Assembly (NCBI GenBank): GCA_964016885.1
Contig: OZ024740.1
Span: 130,386,001-130,450,000 of the forward strand
Origin: Eledone cirrhosa
Taxonomy: Eukaryota
Direction: 5' to 3'
DNA: 64,000 nucleotides
Position 1 is the stretch's first letter; each line of letters starts with the position of its first letter. The position numbers and the translations under genes are program-made. Under the pieces are notes generated by a model, which made no database searches, was not told the origin of the DNA, and saw nothing but the letters and a program-made list of their open reading frames with translations. Of the stretch, positions 59,832 to 64,000 are shown in pieces.

Positions 59832-61994
59832 CATGAGAAAGAGAGTGAGAGTGCGACAGAGTGAGAAAGAGAGGCAGATACTGATAGAGATGAGACATTT
59901 GGAGGAAAATGTGTGTTGTCTGACTTATGAACACCGTAAATAGATAACCAAATACTACTAAAACATGTCATGCATGGTCCAGTTACTTCTAAAGGATTAG
60001 TTGACGCACCGAATTGAAATACGGCGGTTCTATGGCGTTTTTACACCTGGCAAATCCTGACTAATCTCCATGATCGAATTCAGAGTGCATTCCAATGTGT
60101 TCTTTAGTTAAATCTCAGCCAAAATAATGAATAAATTCTTATTGTAATGCCGAACATTCTATGTGGATTTCTATTGATAAAAGCGCAGTAGAATCATATG
60201 CAACCATATTGCACATGGTATAGAGAGCTGCTTGAAAAGGCTGTATTATTTCTAAAATAGTCAAATTGGCCATATCATCTTTCATGCGTATATATCTGAT
60301 ATTCTATTTGTTGAATTATTTGCTTTGGTCTGACTCCTTCAGCTTCAACAGAAGTGAGACTTTTCAATCATCTTTCTCCAGAACGTTTATAGTGGCTTAT
60401 CGCGTAACCTCTTATAATACAAATCATACTATGCGTCCCATACAAATCATCGGACGTCCACAAGGAAATTTGGATTGCACTCATGTAACACTTCTGACGG
60501 AATTGCTTCAGTTGAAAGGTGTGTGGATAGTTTAATTGTGTGGAGGAATTATTAAAATAATTCATTTTTGTCAATCATCATCACTCCATCGATTGGATAC
60601 ACTCTTCGAAAATCTCGATGATATCTTGATCTACTCGGTCGAATATAAATCTGTCTGAGAATGAATTTTCGGTATTTGACAATTTCAAGCTAACAAGATT
60701 CTAATTATATATTGGCTGGTACGGATTTCCATAAATATACACGGATCTATGGTGATGCTTACCAGTTATCGTTATGCCTACCATTCGTGAAGGTTGACAA
60801 AACGAATTCATGAAATTAAGAGTAATTAGACTGGTTGCGTTCGTTATAATTAATCTAAATTCCTTGATTCATATATTTAGTGTTGTTCTTGTTACATATA
60901 ATTTCATATTATATAAGATCGCTGGACCGTTGATATCGAAGTAGTTCCAGTTTTGGGTGGTGTGCGCTTCCGTGTGAAATTATGATGAAAATGTTTTACA
61001 AAGTAAACTTTACATGGAAGCGATGTGAACATTTTCGGAATTAGACTCTTATTAATGTCCTATGAAATACCGAACAATATACGCAGAGCACTTTCTTCCC
61101 AAAATAATATTAGTATAATAAGAAAGGAAGAGGTTGATATGGATATAAAACGATATAGATTGAATTACAAAGAATAAATGTGACCGATGACAGAATGTCA
61201 TATGTGCTACTAGTAGATGAGAGAGGGTGATGCTTAAACAAGTTAAGAGATTGGTTAGTTGCAGAGAAGCTAAACCAGGTTAATGTCGGAAATTTGGATT
61301 ATACCTTTTCTACACTCATCTTCTGTGGAAATACCGAGTTGTTTCATCATTCCTGTGCTGATAAAATAAGTACCTGATAGCTACTTATTGATACACATTG
61401 TCAGCATATAATGTGTGGACATTTAAGACAGGCTATGTCACTGAACATGGCAACTATAATCCTTAATGTACTCAAGCAGAGCCAAACGTCATTCGTGACT
61501 GGGGTTCAATGTGTTTCCAACTGAGGAAATTGTTAGAAAACATATAAATGAACCACATTTGCATGCGGTTGGATAATACTTGTATCTCTAAATGTATGTT
61601 TTACACGTAGGAACACATACTTTATTATTATTAATCTCCTTTAAGGTTTAGATAATATTTTCGTCGTTTGAACTGCTGGTATTTCTAGTGGCAGGACATT
61701 GATCTGTCTGCCCTTGCATTTTGTCTTTACACACGGCACTATACAAAATCGGTTCCTACCACATTCACTTTCCTTCGGGAATAGATTTGTATGGCGCCAG
61801 TTTACTCGGGAAGTTTATATTCTCCGAGCGAGAAAAACCTTCTGACGAGTGTTCCCTTCTCAATGGTAGTCCGTTTGGATTATCCATTTATTTTGGGATT
61901 TGAAACCGCGCGGTAAAGGTACATACAGTAAGTGCAGCAAACTTTATAAAATTTAATCTAAAACTTTTTCTCTATCTGCTAAAACTTGATTTTA

Positions 61995-62185
<191 letters not shown>

Positions 62186-62596
62186 TTGTAGAGCCAACTC
62201 TGTTGAAGGGGATTGACTGCTATTTCTAGTTGTCGAATACCTATTCACGCCACTGAAACGAAACCGCTGTGATGTGTAATATCAACACGTGGTAGCGGCC
62301 AGTTTAAGATTTTGACTCGAAGTGTAAACATGGATCGCTTGATATTGTTCTTCCTTGTTGATAATCCAATAATATCCAATTTCCGTGACTTACCATCTGA
62401 TTAATTGGTGAAATATATTTCTTTAATGAAATATATACAGGGAAGATTAATCATTAAAAGGTATATATTTTTGAAGTTCTAGTTAACTTTATTTATTTGT
62501 TACCTACTAGCCATGCGTGGTTACACGCTTGTAAAATTATCTCCTGTGATTGTTCATGTTTATATTTATTTATATATATGTTGGTCAATTCCTAGT

Positions 62597-62627
<31 letters not shown>

Positions 62628-62851
62628 TTATATATATATATATATAATATGGAGTTGACGGACCCAGCATATTTATCAATACCAGGACCGGTTGTATATC
62701 AACATACTCCATGGGCGATGTAAGATACATTCCCAGAGTATACACAGTTGTATATATATATATACGGAAAAAATGAAACGAAATTTCAATTCTAACTCTT
62801 AGTACGTCTGAAAGTACATATCTATGTGTACGTGCATATATATATGTGTGC

Positions 62852-62925
<74 letters not shown>

Positions 62926-63124
62926 CGTTTCTGAATTTGTTTAGCAAGATTCTTTATCTGAAATCGTGTGTTGAAACCGATATTGTTATACTTTGGGAGG
63001 GTCATGTTGCCAATAAGAAACACACGCACCAGTAGTTTCACTTCAATTTATTATAATAAATTTATAAATTTATAAATTTCTGGTTGGTTGGTTGGTTCCA
63101 TAACCAGATAGTTGTTTATATATT

Positions 63125-63167
63125 GTCATAGTTCTTTCGTCACACACTCTGTGACCTCTTCAGTGAC
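63125..63167 (-). ncRNA. Minimal hammerhead (family F)
   Basis: gtca-CTGAAGA-g-gtcac...gtgac-GAAAG-aa-CTA-tgac. Confidence 0.7.
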
Positions 63168-63422
63168 TGGGGATTCCTTTCTTTGTTTCTGTGCCTCTCC
63201 TTTGTTCTGTCCTACGCCATTTTGTTTCTGTGTGTTGTGTGCTCAGTCTGCGCATGCGCGACATCCGGGTATCAGTGTGTGTTTATGTTCATTTATTTAC
63301 ATGTTACTGGTTGGTTGTTCTATGTGGCGCATGCGCAGACTAAGCACACAACACACACACAGAAACAAAATGGCGTAAGACAGAACAAAGGAGAGGCACA
63401 GAAACAAATAAAGGAATCCCCA

Positions 63423-63465
63423 GTCACTGAAGAGGTCACAGAGTGTGTGACGAAAGAACTATGAC
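63423..63465 (+). ncRNA. Minimal hammerhead (family F)
   Basis: gtca-CTGAAGA-g-gtcac...gtgac-GAAAG-aa-CTA-tgac. Confidence 0.7.
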
Positions 63466-64000
63466 AATATATAAACAACTATCTGGTTATGGAACCTACT
63501 GTGCGTCTGTATACATATATGTATGTACGTATACATACATACATATATATATATATATATGGGGTGGGGTGGGGTATGCGTCTGTGAGTGTGTGCATGTG
63601 TGTGTGCGTGTGTTTGTGGATGTGTGTGTGTGTAATCAAGTTTTCATCATAATAGTGGTTTTCTACTTTTTCCATATTTTCAGATAATCCATGACCATTT
63701 AGTGTACAGAAGGGTCAATATAATTTACACATGATCGACTCAAATTACTTCAGTTATACACTACACTGATATATGTTGTACTACACATTCACATATTTTT
63801 GATTGGTTGCAATACATATAGTATTTTCCGAATATAGTTCCTAGCGCCTCCGTCAATGTTTCACCATTTGTTGTTTCAGAAATTATTTTCATATCACAAT
63901 ATTTCCGTTTCGGAAAAAGCAAAATTGGGGTGCTGAGCAGGAAATGTATGTAAAGAGCGGTGAAGACATTCCAGTGTGATGATTATATGCCAGTGAGATG

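Larger units (their letters stand above)
62925..63496. mobile_element. Foldback element family F copy 2
   Basis: Homologous to 16791-17356; arms at 63093-63262 and 63325-63496. Confidence 0.85.

Overview
AT-rich, microsatellite-rich eukaryotic DNA, probably from an octopod cephalopod (inferred from the SINE family). It consists almost entirely of transposable elements. Present are three head-to-tail L1/Tx1-type LINE copies (22.1-33.9 kb), four decayed Penelope-like elements (PLEs) with RT thumb and GIY-YIG domains, a DD37D (maT) Tc1/mariner, RTE-like and CRE-like LINE fragments, a small non-autonomous Helitron and six copies of a tRNA-like SINE. Possible exons of a minus-strand multi-pass membrane protein gene are also visible. 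The most notable signal is about ten unrelated families of non-coding elements, mostly bordered by (TA)n tracts and built as tandem plus inverted repeats. Each carries type I hammerhead ribozyme (HHR) motifs, about 20 copies found by eye, often on both strands. They include a U3:A8 core variant and versions with loop II of about 80-110 nt. They look like retrozyme-like or non-autonomous PLE derivatives. All structures and coordinates were read manually, so boundaries are approximate and no ribozyme activity is demonstrated.
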